A DNA stretch of 62,954 bases, counting the filler, from Asterionella formosa (taxonomy: Eukaryota): the NCBI GenBank assembly GCA_002256025.1. It is 12 parts of 12 records of this genome, joined end to end, with 100 filler letters (N's around TTAATTAATTAA, not from the genome) between each part and the next. Parts side by side here need not be neighbours in the genome. Positions count along the whole stretch, not along the records: positions 1 to 23,724 come from NKIB01002410.1; 11 more parts are not named here. One strand, 5' to 3'. The stretch's first letter is position 1; every line of letters begins with the position of its first letter. The notes beneath the pieces were generated by a model. The model was not told where the DNA came from, did not search any database, and saw only the letters and a list, made by a program, of their open reading frames with translations. The translations under genes were made by a program, and so were the position numbers. Positions 1 to 12,181 of the stretch are shown here, piece by piece.

Positions 1-1251
1 GTGGTTCCAGCGGGTATTAACGACCTTCCAGGACTCAACATTCATCTTGAAGGTAACAAAATTACAGGTTTCCCCTCTGTTTTCTGCAATCAGACAAATT
101 GGATGAATGGCCAAATTGCGAGAGCTGGATGTGATGCTTTCCTTTGTCCTGTAGGGAAAGCAAATGTTATCGGGCGAGCTAACCAGTCCCTGGCATGCTC
201 TGCGTGTGTTAGTGACGCGCAAGCCCCCTACTTCGGAAGTACAAGCTGCCGAGATGGCACAGAGAGAAGTTTACTTGTAAACCTTTATCAGCAGTGTGGA
301 GGTCGAGACTGGTATCGCCACGACGGATGGACAACCGATGAACCGGTTTGTAATTGGTACGGAATTAACTGCAACACCAAGAAATCTGTTGAATCTATCG
401 ACTTGGGTAATAACAATCTGCAGGGAACAGTCCACTCAGAGATTTTTGAGTTGACGAACCTCAAATCACTTTGGTTGCACTCTAATCCTATCCACGTAAG
501 CTTTGAAAGCATTGGTTCGGCTAAAAGACTGACTGACATCCGTCTCGACGCAACAATGGTGGCGGATCTCAAGAACTTAGATCGTGCAGAATTCTTGACT
601 ATTCTTGACCTTCGGTTCACTCAGCTTCAAGGTCCATTTCCGGAGGAACTACTAAGTCTGACCAACTTGAGGTCATTAAATTTGGGAAACAACAAATTGA
701 ATGGACCGTTACCAGAGTCGTTCGCTGCACTTCGATTCCTTCGCGTACTCAGACTTGGGGCGAACCAATTCACTGGGAAGATCCCGGCGTTTCATGATTT
801 GAATGTGCTGGACACGCTTGATATCTCAAACAATGCACTTACTGGACAGATTCCATCGAACTTCTTGAGTTTGATCACAACAACTGCAGACCTTGAAGTG
901 GATCTCGCATCAAACGTACTGACTGGAACAATTCCGGTCGAACTAGACCGATTTGATAGAGTCACAATCTATCTTCGCGAGAATAACATTGTAGGGCTCT
1001 CATCTAGTTTTTGTGACAACGTTGGTTGGAATTCAGGTGATGTTGAGTCGTACGGATGTAACGGCATTCTTTGCCCTCCTGGTACCTTCAATAGCTTTGG
1101 ACGCGCTCGTGGAGCATCTGTATGTTTGCAATGCAACAGTGATAATACATACTACGGCCAGGTTGAATGTAATCCATCGTCAACGGCATCACCTCTCATG
1201 GCATGGTCTCTAGGAGCTATTGCGTTTCTAGTTTGCCTCTATTGCATGTGA
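1..1251 (+). CDS. Leucine-rich-repeat cell-surface/receptor-like protein, 3' part only
   Basis: Open frame from the window edge. Plant-type LRRs (LxxLxLxxNxLxGxIP), LRR N-cap (CNWYGINC), Cys-rich CPxG motifs and a hydrophobic C-terminal tail (TM or GPI signal). Confidence 0.9.
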   Translation: MVPAGINDLPGLNIHLEGNKITGFPSVFCNQTNWMNGQIARAGCDAFLCPVGKANVIGRANQSLACSACVSDAQAPYFGSTSCRDGTERSLLVNLYQQCGGRDWYRHDGWTTDEPVCNWYGINCNTKKSVESIDLGNNNLQGTVHSEIFELTNLKSLWLHSNPIHVSFESIGSAKRLTDIRLDATMVADLKNLDRAEFLTILDLRFTQLQGPFPEELLSLTNLRSLNLGNNKLNGPLPESFAALRFLRVLRLGANQFTGKIPAFHDLNVLDTLDISNNALTGQIPSNFLSLITTTADLEVDLASNVLTGTIPVELDRFDRVTIYLRENNIVGLSSSFCDNVGWNSGDVESYGCNGILCPPGTFNSFGRARGASVCLQCNSDNTYYGQVECNPSSTASPLMAWSLGAIAFLVCLYCM

Positions 1252-2043
1252 GGCAGACAACGAAAACTTGAATTCTTCACATAATATGTAATAACAATTA
1301 AATATTGTTGCCTTTAAACAAAGTAAGCCCTGTTTCGCTTCCTTGCTCCATTGAAAATATTAGGGAGGTGGTACCCAATTTGTAGATCGCCGGAGTACGA
1401 TGTAGTCTAATCGTCCGAAACAATGAGCTGTACATATGTACGAAAGGCTCTAATCAGCAACAGAATCAGATTCAATTTTGTTCTCCCCTCATATTTCAAT
1501 CAAATTTCGAGAGCTGCTTGTTATCACAATTTGAAAGGTCGTGGATCATTAAAATCGTCCCTTTGAGCAAACCAAACTTATCAATTGTTTGCAACTCAAA
1601 TGTTATTCGATCGAGTTAATATGTTGACCTTCCATTAAGACAAAACCAACGAGCCCTCTACATTGATATATATTGAGACGCCATTCGATGTCGCATCAGT
1701 AGGATGGATACTTGCTCAAGAACTACCACCGGGTTCGATTCTTATATTCGTAAGCCCTTTCATAACTTAGCCCCAGTAAATGGAGAATCATCGTCGCTAT
1801 CTACTAAAGAGGCTAAATACCAAACTTTTGCTGTCAGAGCAGCGAGAGAATGACGCGCTCATCGCTACTTTCGAAGCTGTGACCTTACATTTCGCTGTAG
1901 ATTTTTGCCATAACCTGTTCTTATCATCACCAGGTTCATCCCGTTGTTGGGTATGAATGCCATATACTCTCCAGAAGCTATTTCGTTTATGACATCTTGA
2001 ACGTTGATAGCAGCTACTTCAAGCCACTTGTGCTGCTCGTTTG

Positions 2044-3394
2044 CTATTTCCGCTCGTCAAGGTGTTCACGTTGTTTCGCGCTGCAACTGCCCTCGTGAAG
2101 GTCAAACTCCAAGACTTCAATCAATTCCTTTGCCAATTGGTCCATAATTGGTCGTCCTTTGGCATTAAAATTTCCATACCACTCAGATTTGCTGTTAGCA
2201 ACCATGACAGAGTGCCCCATCGGAACATGGAATCGTTCCGTCAATCGCTTTCCAACACTCTGTAACAGTTCCTCCGACGTCCAAACTGGCTGTTTCATAA
2301 GGGTGGCATCAGTCGATGCAAAAGGATTCCACAGAGAAGGAAGTGGTAAATCTTCACGAACATCACAAAATACCTTTGTCCAACCGAGACTATCCAGAGA
2401 GGCCGCCATTTCAGCATCATTTGCCATCCTAGGCATGCCTGTAGAAATCTCCGTGTTACCATATTCTTTGTTGTTCTCAGTCTGCACATCGTTTTTGCTT
2501 GTGGTTTGGACATTACTTCCGGTAATTGAATTTGTTTCGTTCGTTTTTACCCTCAAGATAATGGAACCTTTCCGTGGCTGGTCAATCGTAAAGTGAGGAG
2601 TATCGGCACGCGCCAAGAAAGCTGCGGTACTTGTAGGAACCTGAAAGTCTGTACCGTAGGCATTTGCATACGCCAGCCGATATTGGAAGCGTCTCAACGG
2701 AGCCAAGAATGTCTCTTTGGTAGCCAATTCGTGAACAATAGTGGACTGTAAAAATAAATCCCGTCCAGTTGTTCGCATGGTACTTCCAATGACCCATTCG
2801 GCCCACTTTGGAACAGGAATGTAGGTGTGATGCGACACGCCAAGATGAGGAGTAGCCGTGGTGCAAAAGGTCTTTGGTTCAATTTTGGAGTGAGGCAAGA
2901 GTTCCGAGATAGCATATCGTGCATAGAGGCCACCCAGAGAATTCCCGACCATGGTCAGGGTGAACTGCTCGGTTTGATGGGATTCTATCTTGTGCAGCAC
3001 CTCCGCAGCCAACCGCTTCCCACCCGCAGCAATACCGTCGGTCTGAATGAAATGGAGTGTTGTTTGAAAAGAGTTAGGAGATGTGTTATACAGAAGCGCC
3101 AGTAATCGCAGACTAGAAATGAATGGAACTCACCGTTTTCCCAACATTGGACGTCGCCGAATACACAATAAGGTTCTCCGAAGACGAAGCTTCCCGTTCC
3201 AGCGCTTCTTGAAGATATCCCATTTCTTTGTCATTCCCGTAAACCCCATGGACCAAGACAATCAAGTGCTTTTTGACAGCAGTCGAATCGCTTTTCAGTG
3301 AAGCAGCCACTGGGAGCGACGATGCACAAACGATGTTACTCATCAATAACGACCAGATCAAAGCCACGGCGATGGCCAGTGACTTCAGTATCAT
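2044..3394 (-). CDS. DUF676 putative serine esterase/lipase (alpha/beta hydrolase), 2 exons: 3394-3134 and 3042-2044
   Basis: HLIVLVHGVYG, nucleophile elbow GNSLGG and ATPHLG motifs. GT-AG intron 3133-3043 joins ...VGKT to TDGIAAGGKRL in frame. Hydrophobic N-terminal signal. Confidence 0.88.
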
Positions 3395-5089
3395 TACTCG
3401 TCCCCTAGAAAGGAATTCAGTCACAAGTCCTTCTGTGAATATGAACAAGCTTTTGCAAATGGACTGTCAGCTGGAGTTATAAAAACTCCGGGCGACGTTG
3501 CCAGTCTAATGAGTCAAGTCGCGAAATGACTTATGGGACTGAAAGTGGGATCGAAATTAGTTGGAGTACCGGTAGGTAGAAGTCTTGAATTGTATTTGGC
3601 AGGATTAAGGTTAGCAGGACCAGTTGGCAAGATTGATAGTTTAGAAATAATTACAATTAGTTTACAAGAAATTGACCAATGAGAAAGAGTGGATGGAGGT
3701 GAAGAACAAGTCCAAGAAAGTAAAATTCATGAAGCAAGATCAATTTGGTAAGGCCAAGTAATTTGGCAAGATTGCAAGAAAAATTAATCTGAAGTAATCA
3801 CAACATTGAAAAAGGCAAATCTAAAACTAGATTAAAGCGTTGTCAAACTACTAGCTAGTGGAGAACTACTACTGGGCGCTGGGCATGTAAGTACTATCAA
3901 GAGATCTGGAACATCTCAACATTTCTTGTCATTACCTGATTGTGATGTAGCTGGCTGTCTCTACTTTGATGATTTCTTGTTCCAGTTTTGAATGTTTGCT
4001 TCATGTATGGATATTCGCTACTGGTAATATACATCATACATATATTTATAAATTCATACATAGATGAAAACTGGTACAAACATTCCTGGATGAAAATCAA
4101 CCATAGAGTACTAAACACCCCCCTGTGAGCATTCATCCTCTAACCCCAATAACAGCAGCCACGACTGATTACTAGGTTCCAGTGAAGGTCATTCTGATCA
4201 ATAGAATTACATTCTTTGGCTCACTTGTGCACCTGAATTTTATCATTGTTTCAGTGCTGCTAACTATTTCTTCTGTAGGGACTGTGTAAGTGGATGCAAC
4301 TGATTTATATGCTATTAGCAATATTGGATGGTTAATACTATCTGAAAAATGGTAGTTGGGATATACTGGTAGATATATTCCCATCATTTTTAGTAGTAAC
4401 ATCACTTTCTACTTGCTCATTCTACATAAATCACCATTGCCATCACCAACTAACTAGTACTCCAGTACTCACTACTAAGTCATTAGCACTAAATTGTAGT
4501 TATTCACCAGCTCAGGAACAAATAGAAAGCTCATTTTGGAAAATCAGACAATATACAAGCAACAAGCAAGGTTGATTGTTGTTGTCATCATGATCATAGT
4601 CCTTGGAAGGATGGAAAAAGTAAACAAAATGATTACAGATGAGGCACCAGCCCAGCATGTGAGCAATGTAAATAATGTTGAAAAGCAATGTCATTGTTAT
4701 GAGCAAGCACAAAGAATTTTTTTCTCCGGAGAAAATAATTTTTGGCATTTGTGTGGTTTTTCAATCGTGCAACTTTTCTTGGTTTTATCATGTACCAGCC
4801 AGTATTTATACAATTATTTCTACATTATACACACGGCTATAAATATATTCATATACCCGGTAGGTAAGATCGGAGGATTGGGGCTAAGATGACTGTGGTC
4901 ATTACGCACGCGGATGTCCCTTGCTATGATGACATGATGACCGGTACATTCTTGCTTGACTGCTGCCTATGACGACGGGTTGTTTGCCCCAAATTCGAAT
5001 CAAGACGAAATAAAAGTAAAGTGAAATAATTTGAATGCTGAAGACTATGCATTGTTCGCTTTCGTCGTCGACCAGTGAAAGGGAGGACG

Positions 5090-6716
5090 ATGTCGACTGC
5101 TAGCAGAGACGATTCGTCGACAAAAAGTGGTCGGTCTAGGCGAAGGGGACGGCGGAGGATGGACACAATTTATGAAAACGATGGTTTCAGCGTCAACTTG
5201 GAGTCAAGAAATTGCCAACGGCTGGGGTTTATTTTGCTACTTTCCATGATTGCCTTCTTCGGGTTGGAGGGAATTGATTTCACACCGAATCTTGGGCGAC
5301 GACAAGATACAGCAAAGGCGATGAATCATGATGATTCAAAGAAAACCTCATGGACAGTGGAATTGGACGAAATGGACTCGCCCAAACTGATAAAGAAACA
5401 TTCCTTGTTTCGGCCACCGAAAGGAAAATCTCTCAATTACTTCGCTAGACTCGAAGACATCCCTGGGAAAGAAGATCTTGAGAATGAATTTGATTCAATT
5501 AGTCCGATTCGGACAGTACTAAACATCACATTGCTGACATCCAAGAATCAAGTAAAGTCAATAAGTTTGCTCAACGACGTTGTGACAGAAGAACAACATC
5601 AGGATGTACTATTGGCCATTCAATCAATCCTACCCCCTCCAGAAGCAAGCATATTGCTGGAAAGGCAATGGCTTGCCTATCAAAGCTTCTTTGCGAATCC
5701 TGCCTCAATGGTACTTAACCGTCATAGGGGACGAACGATTCCGACTTTTTGGCACATACCAAAAACTGGCGGGTCTACGATCAAAGCAATTCTAGGAAAT
5801 TGTCATTACAAAATAATGGCTTCGGAAGTGGGTGTCTTGGATGGTCACGAGTTCGACGAAAAGATCGACTTACTTCATATTCAAGGGCAAATCGAGCACA
5901 CTCGTCATGTTAACGTCGATGTCACGACGATTTATGGCCTGCAACGAGCTACAGACCTTGGTCTTGTCAATGCCAAACTTGTGGATGTGGTAAGTTCCCT
6001 GAATATGTAAACATTACTCACCAGTGCTGTGCATCTCTCTTATATTTCAACTTCGAGCTGACATTATGCTTTAGATTTCAACTCCCCTCATATGGGATGC
6101 TGCTCAACTCTTTCAGTCGACGAAAATTCGAGGAAAAGTTTTTTCGCTTTTCCGTGATCCCATCTCGAGAGCCGTCTCTATGTTTGCTTATTTACAAGGT
6201 GCTACTCACGAGCGAACCTTTCAAGATCATTTCTCGAATTTGACGCTGGAACAATACTCTGTCTCGTCTCTGGTAGAGGACAATTTCATGACTCGACAGC
6301 TTTGTAACACTCCACCAAATACATTATTGAACAAGGGACATTTGGAACAAGCCAAGGCAATTCTCAGTCAAAAGGTCTTAGTTGGGTTACTCGATCGTTT
6401 AGAAGAATCACTGGAACGTTTTGAACGCTTCTTTGGATGGACCTATACGATGAATCCCACTCATCAAGAAACATGCCGAAACTCGCTATTAGCCAATGGG
6501 GTCAACATGAACGCTTCCCCGAAAAATGTTTTACCGCACAAGGGGAGTGTGGTGTACAACGCGCTCGCGGAACGAAACCGATTGGATTTGGAACTGTTCG
6601 AGTTCGTCGTGGCACTGTATCGTCATCAAGCTTCATATGTGCAGAACATTCCACTGGAAGTTCGGTTCATAAATTCGACTTGCTCCATGTGCCATGATGG
6701 GAGTTCGTGGCGATGA
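5090..6716 (+). CDS. Type II membrane sulfotransferase-like protein, 2 exons: 5090-5989 and 6075-6716
   Basis: N-terminal TM anchor, 5'-PSB motif FWHIPKTGGST and 3'-PB motif FRDPISRAVSMF. Intron 5990-6074 (GTAAGT...TAG) joins the two ORFs in frame. Confidence 0.85.
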
Positions 6717-6838
6717 TCTTACATCCCATCAAGAATTGTAAAATAGGAATGGAGCGGCTTTTGAATGTAAAATAATTCTTGAACAACCTCCCGTCGCTAC
6801 AAAATATCTTTATTATGATCCTGCTTCATGTTTTGATG

Positions 6839-8285
6839 TCAATGCTCATCCGCCCTGTCGTTCCCTTTCGAAAGTTTTGTAGTCTCATCAATACAGTGGT
6901 CTTCTTGTATCAAGACATCGGGCAGGACATCAATTGCGTCTTGGGGTTGCCACCATTCAATGACTAAAAGAAGAAACTCAAACGAAACAAGGAGAAGACA
7001 AACCACGCTACCAGCTATAGCACCCATGGAAACGAAACACGATCCCAATCGTTCTAACAGAGTCTTGGATTGCTTCGTCAGTACTTGACGATATACTTCC
7101 ACAGTTTCGGTGGCGACACGGCTCCATGAGTACATTTGTTTGATTCGTTCATGAGCTCTAAAGGGGTCGAAATCAGCTTGTTTCACAATGGCTTCCTTCA
7201 AGTTGCGTACAAGTGAGGATACTTGGGGATCGGATAAAAAGACGAGATCTTCTGGAAGAACTTCGGGAACTCCACCAACATTAGTAGATACGACTAACAA
7301 CCCGCAGCTCGCAGCCTCCAAGATTGCAATACAAAAACTTTCTGTCAGGGAACAATTCAAAAATATATGGCCTCGACATAAGACACTTCTAACTCTGGAG
7401 TGAGGAACCGCGCCGAGAAATTCCACCCGGTCTTGAAGGCCTTCTCGTTCTACCATTTCTTGCAATGCTAAACGTTTGCTACCATCGCCACCAATAATGA
7501 AATCAACTTTTGTGTCCACATTGCATATCCTCGGAATGATCTCAACTAGCAAGTCAACCCCCTTCCGATACACCAGACGTGAAACTACCACAATTTTGAT
7601 TCGTTGCAAATCTCGTTTCAAAGGGTCCGGTGTAAATTTGGACGGATCAAGCGCATTGGGAATCACAACCACCGATCGCGGAGATAATTTGGCTCTCAAT
7701 ATCAAATTGTCTCGGCATGTATGAGAAACGCAAATGGCAGCATCTATATTACATAACGTTGCCTGAAGTACCTGAGGTTTGAAGCACAGTTAGCTACAAT
7801 GTATCACAAACGTTTCTCTGGTGATGCGAGCGCCTCTATTTTTGGCATTGGTGGTTGTCGCTTACCCGATTGAGTACTATACTGGCCACGTCGTCAAAGC
7901 CAAACAAGGAATGGTCGGTATACACACTTGCCAATCCCAACATTCCTGCATAAACTAAACTCTCATTTGCCATGACAGATGTAGCTTGATGTCCATGTAC
8001 CAGTTGGATCTTTTCGCGAAGGAAGATCCATCGTAGTAACGGCAAGGAGGCGGTAAAGGTCGGCAGGGTATCTTGATCTGTCATTTCTGCTAAAGGACAG
8101 TAATATACTTTCAACGGACCAGGAAGCCATCTTACTCCCTTCCTTTGACCGTACGAATGAGTAATGACGATCACTTTGTGTCCCAAGCGCAGTAAATGCT
8201 GCGCCAAGGACCATAGATGCATTTCAACCCCGCCTAGTCGAGGGTAGAAAAAGTCACAAACGAAAGCAATTCGGAGGCTCCTCAT
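6839..8285 (-). CDS. PIGA: Phosphatidylinositol N-acetylglucosaminyltransferase subunit A (GPI biosynthesis), 2 exons: 8285-7866 and 7771-6839
   Basis: DFFYPRLGGVE, VYTDHSLFGF, VSRLVYRKG and FLNCSLTESFCIAILEAASCGL motifs, plus a C-terminal TM. Intron 7865-7772 (GTAAG...CAG) is in frame. Confidence 0.96.
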
Positions 8286-9027
8286 GCTTTTGGAGAACCT
8301 TTCCTGCAGCTAGGAAGTAGCAGGATAGCGTGATCTTACCAATCCAGCCACAACCTATCAGAAGCTGCAATCAGAGGAAGAAAACAAGTGATCCTTGCTT
8401 AATTGATACACGTATCATTTTCGTAAATATTTGCGCACACTCGTTCACTTTTTGGGCTTGCTTCATCTTCATGCACATGGACTCCACAAACTAAATACAT
8501 ATATGCATACACAGCCCAGGTGTGAACATACCTGGACCTAGTACTCCTATCAGTACCACGTACCTGGTACCGGCCAGTATGAATAATGCAAAGATACATA
8601 TGAATATCGAGAAGCAGCGTCCATTTCATATACCAACTGCACAGCAATATTTGCAGCCATCTCTGTACGGTAGTACGACAGAATCAATAAATAAATACAG
8701 TTAGTAGACCGGTGTTCGTTCGTGTTGCACGTGCTTTGATTCCTGACTTCCTCACTGTTACCAATATACGGTATGTGAATGTATGATTGTACTAAGAGTA
8801 CAAAGAAATAATAAATCTATGTACCGGTAGTGGTCTAGACTTTGATGTTGACCTGGGGGAGTGTGTCTTTCCTGCCTGATGCTCGCTCTGCGCCACATTT
8901 TATTATTTTATTGGAGGATCGCACAATCGGTGATTTATAGGACTTGGCATTATCATATCCTCATTCTAAACGTGGACGCCATTCTCGAAACCTACCCCCA
9001 ACTACGCAGAGCATCACAGGATACGAA

Positions 9028-11397
9028 ATGGCTCCAAACAACGCCCTTGCAGAGCGCAAGGCGAAGCTGCCGAAGAAAGGGACGACGACAGTCCTCGACG
9101 CTGGCACTGTCGAGTCCCGTGGCATGGGGACAAGAGCTACGACTCGGTCGCAGGTATCCGCAGAGATCACCAACTTTCTCAATGGCGAAGCCAGAATCTC
9201 TGTCAAGGCCGAAACTCGAGCCTTCTTTACGGTGTGGACCTTTATCACCCGCCTTCCTGGGCCCACCTGGGTGGACCATCATCCGGGATACCTCATGCGG
9301 GGAATGGCGTACTTTCCCCTCGCCGGGGCCTTGGTGGGCATTTTTGTGTGCGTCTTTTTCGATCTAGCACATGTTACCATGGGTCTACCGGCTGTTGTAT
9401 CCGCCGCCATGTGCACTGCCGCAAGTCTATGGGTGACTGGATGCTTCCACGAAGATGGATTGGCGGATGCTTCCGACGGGATTGGAGGAGGGTGGTCACG
9501 GGCACAAATTCTTACCATTATGACTGACACTCGCTTGGGGACGTACGGGTGTGCAGTGTTGCTCTTGCATACGGTCGCAAAGCTGGAACTCATTGCTGCC
9601 TTGGAGACGTCTCATTGGGACTTAAACGGAAATGCGAGGGGAGCCGGACCAGCATTAGTTGTCATGCATACCCTTTCTAGACTGACTTCACCGTACCTTA
9701 TTCGTACTCGAGACTATGTTGATGAAGCAGGACCCAAATATAAATTCTATTCCTTTATGGTACAAGCGAAGCATTTGGTGTCATGGCACCGGGTCTTGTT
9801 TTCTCTCTTTTCGTCCTACTATGTGGCTACCCTTTTTTATGGACGAATCATGGCGTGGATCATGATAGTAACTGTAATGTTTGTCGCCCATCTATCTGGT
9901 ATGTATGGGGAATATCTTTTGGGTGGGATTATGGGTGATTATTTGGGTGCTACGATCTGTATAACTGAGATTGTTGTCCTGACCATGATTCTAGCAAAGA
10001 GTAGTATTTTGAACCTTAGCCAGTGGATACGTGTGGTAAGGGAAAGGGGTCCAGACAGCCTGTGGGATGCTGCATGCATGCAAGATCATCCAATTGGTGT
10101 CTTGGCCAGGTTTTTTCTTGTTATTTTCTTTACGGGCATTTGGTGCTGCTTCATTGGTCATCCAAATGTGCTTGTCCGAGAATCTGCAATTGATGCTCAA
10201 AACACCGATCCCGAAGATGATATCAGAATAAGCTTGAAAGCAGCGAGGGATACTAATTCGGACAAAAAAAACTCAGGACGTCAGGTTGCTGAATTCATTT
10301 GTAGCGAATCTGAATCATCATTCCAAGAAAGATTTGATGCAGTGATGGTCTACCTTGATTCACTAGCCAAGCCTGTTGGATCACTTGGGACATTAGAAAA
10401 CTGGGCTTCCAAGCTTGCTGCATTGCAACGAACACTGCAGCCATCCGTAGATCCAGTAGCTTGTCTTATCTTTGCCGCGGATCACGGAATCGCCAAAGAT
10501 CCAAGTGAGGGTGGGGAGAAATGTTCTTCGTATCCTCAAGCCGTCACACGAAGTGTCTTACAAGGTCTTGAACATGGAATTGCTGGCGCATCTGTATTGG
10601 CAAAAAGCAATCATGTTTCGCTACGAGTGGTCGACGTGGGTGTCTGCGGTGAGCCCTTTCAGGGGGATGTGGTCGTTTCGTCCCCTTTGAAAATCCAAGG
10701 TGGAACAAGGAACTTTTGCGTTGGGCCTGCAATGACAACGGTAGAAGTCGAACGATGCATTCGTCTTGGTCGTGAGGAACTTTCTCAATACATTTGTGAT
10801 ACAAATGCCATGGTGGTGGTCTTGGGAGAAGTTGGTATTGGGAATACAACAGCATCGTCTGCTCTGATTGCGCAGCTGACGGATTTCAGCGTGGAATCTG
10901 TTTGTGGAGGAGGTGCCATGACTGGAAGAGAGGACGATCAAGCATCCATTGCAAAGAAAATTAGTATCGTAAAGAAAGCAATAATGCTGCATGGTTCATC
11001 CATCCAAGGTGCAATGGATGCATTGGAACGACTTGGTGGAGCAGAGATTGCTGCACTTGTGGGGGCTATACTCGAGGCATCAGAGCGAAACCTTGCGATT
11101 CTGGTAGATGGATTCATTGTAACAACTGCAGCCCTTTTGGCAGCACTTTTATCTCCCAATGTCTGTCGGGTTTTACTCTTAGCAACCCAATCGGCGGAAA
11201 TAGGGCAGCTAGCTGCGATCCAACGCATTCAAAGCATTGCACAAGAAAACGGGATTCCAAGATTAGAAAGCCCTGCAATTACTATGGGCCTACGAATGGG
11301 GGAAGCCTCAGCAGCACTTCTAGCGGTTCCTATTTTGCGAATTGCCACAGTGGTTCTCTCAGAAATGGGGACTATTCAAGATATAATCTCGCTTTAA
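9028..11397 (+). CDS. cobS-cobT: CobS-CobT fusion: cobalamin synthase (adenosylcobinamide-GDP ribazoletransferase) fused to nicotinate-nucleotide:dimethylbenzimidazole phosphoribosyltransferase
   Basis: N-half is multi-TM with FITRLP, FHEDGLADASDG, DTRLGTYG and GGIMGDYLGA (CobS). C-half has LAKPVGSLGTLE, FAADHG, GEVGIGNTT, DGFI and LRMGE (CobT). Single uninterrupted ORF with first ATG at 9028. Confidence 0.95.
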   Translation: MAPNNALAERKAKLPKKGTTTVLDAGTVESRGMGTRATTRSQVSAEITNFLNGEARISVKAETRAFFTVWTFITRLPGPTWVDHHPGYLMRGMAYFPLAGALVGIFVCVFFDLAHVTMGLPAVVSAAMCTAASLWVTGCFHEDGLADASDGIGGGWSRAQILTIMTDTRLGTYGCAVLLLHTVAKLELIAALETSHWDLNGNARGAGPALVVMHTLSRLTSPYLIRTRDYVDEAGPKYKFYSFMVQAKHLVSWHRVLFSLFSSYYVATLFYGRIMAWIMIVTVMFVAHLSGMYGEYLLGGIMGDYLGATICITEIVVLTMILAKSSILNLSQWIRVVRERGPDSLWDAACMQDHPIGVLARFFLVIFFTGIWCCFIGHPNVLVRESAIDAQNTDPEDDIRISLKAARDTNSDKKNSGRQVAEFICSESESSFQERFDAVMVYLDSLAKPVGSLGTLENWASKLAALQRTLQPSVDPVACLIFAADHGIAKDPSEGGEKCSSYPQAVTRSVLQGLEHGIAGASVLAKSNHVSLRVVDVGVCGEPFQGDVVVSSPLKIQGGTRNFCVGPAMTTVEVERCIRLGREELSQYICDTNAMVVVLGEVGIGNTTASSALIAQLTDFSVESVCGGGAMTGREDDQASIAKKISIVKKAIMLHGSSIQGAMDALERLGGAEIAALVGAILEASERNLAILVDGFIVTTAALLAALLSPNVCRVLLLATQSAEIGQLAAIQRIQSIAQENGIPRLESPAITMGLRMGEASAALLAVPILRIATVVLSEMGTIQDIISL

Positions 11398-12181
11398 GAA
11401 ATAATAATGCGTATGGAATCATTTTCCAAACTAAGACAGCTTCAATACTGGAGAGCAATATCCAACTTACCAGATGTGTCCATTACTGGCAGATTACAAG
11501 CATGATGTGACTCAATCATGAATTGTCTAGCTTGTCTGCGCAAATGGAGGAGCATAGCAGCAAGTGATGGTCTTCATCGCCAGACATAATTAACAATCCA
11601 TCAATGCCAGTCAAGGTATTTGGGATACTTGTTTGATGCTGATTGCCCTACTGTGTGTCACTGCATCTTCTTTCTTGATGCAACCAGGTTGGCAATCAAA
11701 ACCTGGATTGGGCCCTTTATTTGGACCTTTTATTTTGTTCATCATGATGGATGTAACCTTCATTTGATAATTCCCTTCACTGGTTTATCAGTATTTTTGC
11801 TCTTAATTGGAACCAATATACTTCCATACAGGAACTCACCCTCTTACAGAAGGAAGCATTGCAGGAATGAATTACCACCGCATTGAAAAAGGTGTGCACC
11901 TAAACGGCTCACCATCAGCAATCATTTCGATACATTATGTGGGAACCGATAGACTATACCTAAATAATACCTGGAAGTTGCGGTAAAAGATAAACAGGGC
12001 ACCGGTATACGTGGTACCAGGTACCAGGATTTACCTAACCAGGTACCGGAGTACCATCTATCTAACGTGGTAAATCCAGTACCTGGTACGATAAATTAAA
12101 ACCAAATGGAGACAGACATCATAGCTATGAATACGATATTTTGAAATCGCTCTCCTTCTGTCCAAAAGGCGTTGAAAAATC

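Noticed and set aside
1639..1750. IYIETPFDVASVGWILAQELPPGSILIF resembles the N-terminus of TsaE/YjeE and is followed by a GTAAGC donor
   Set aside because: No downstream GxLGAGKT P-loop exon was found and upstream frames are closed. At most a relic.
1..8285. Possible cell-surface/GPI functional cluster (LRR protein, lipase, sulfotransferase, PIGA)
   Set aside because: Mixed orientations and ordinary gene density; there is no evidence of co-regulation.
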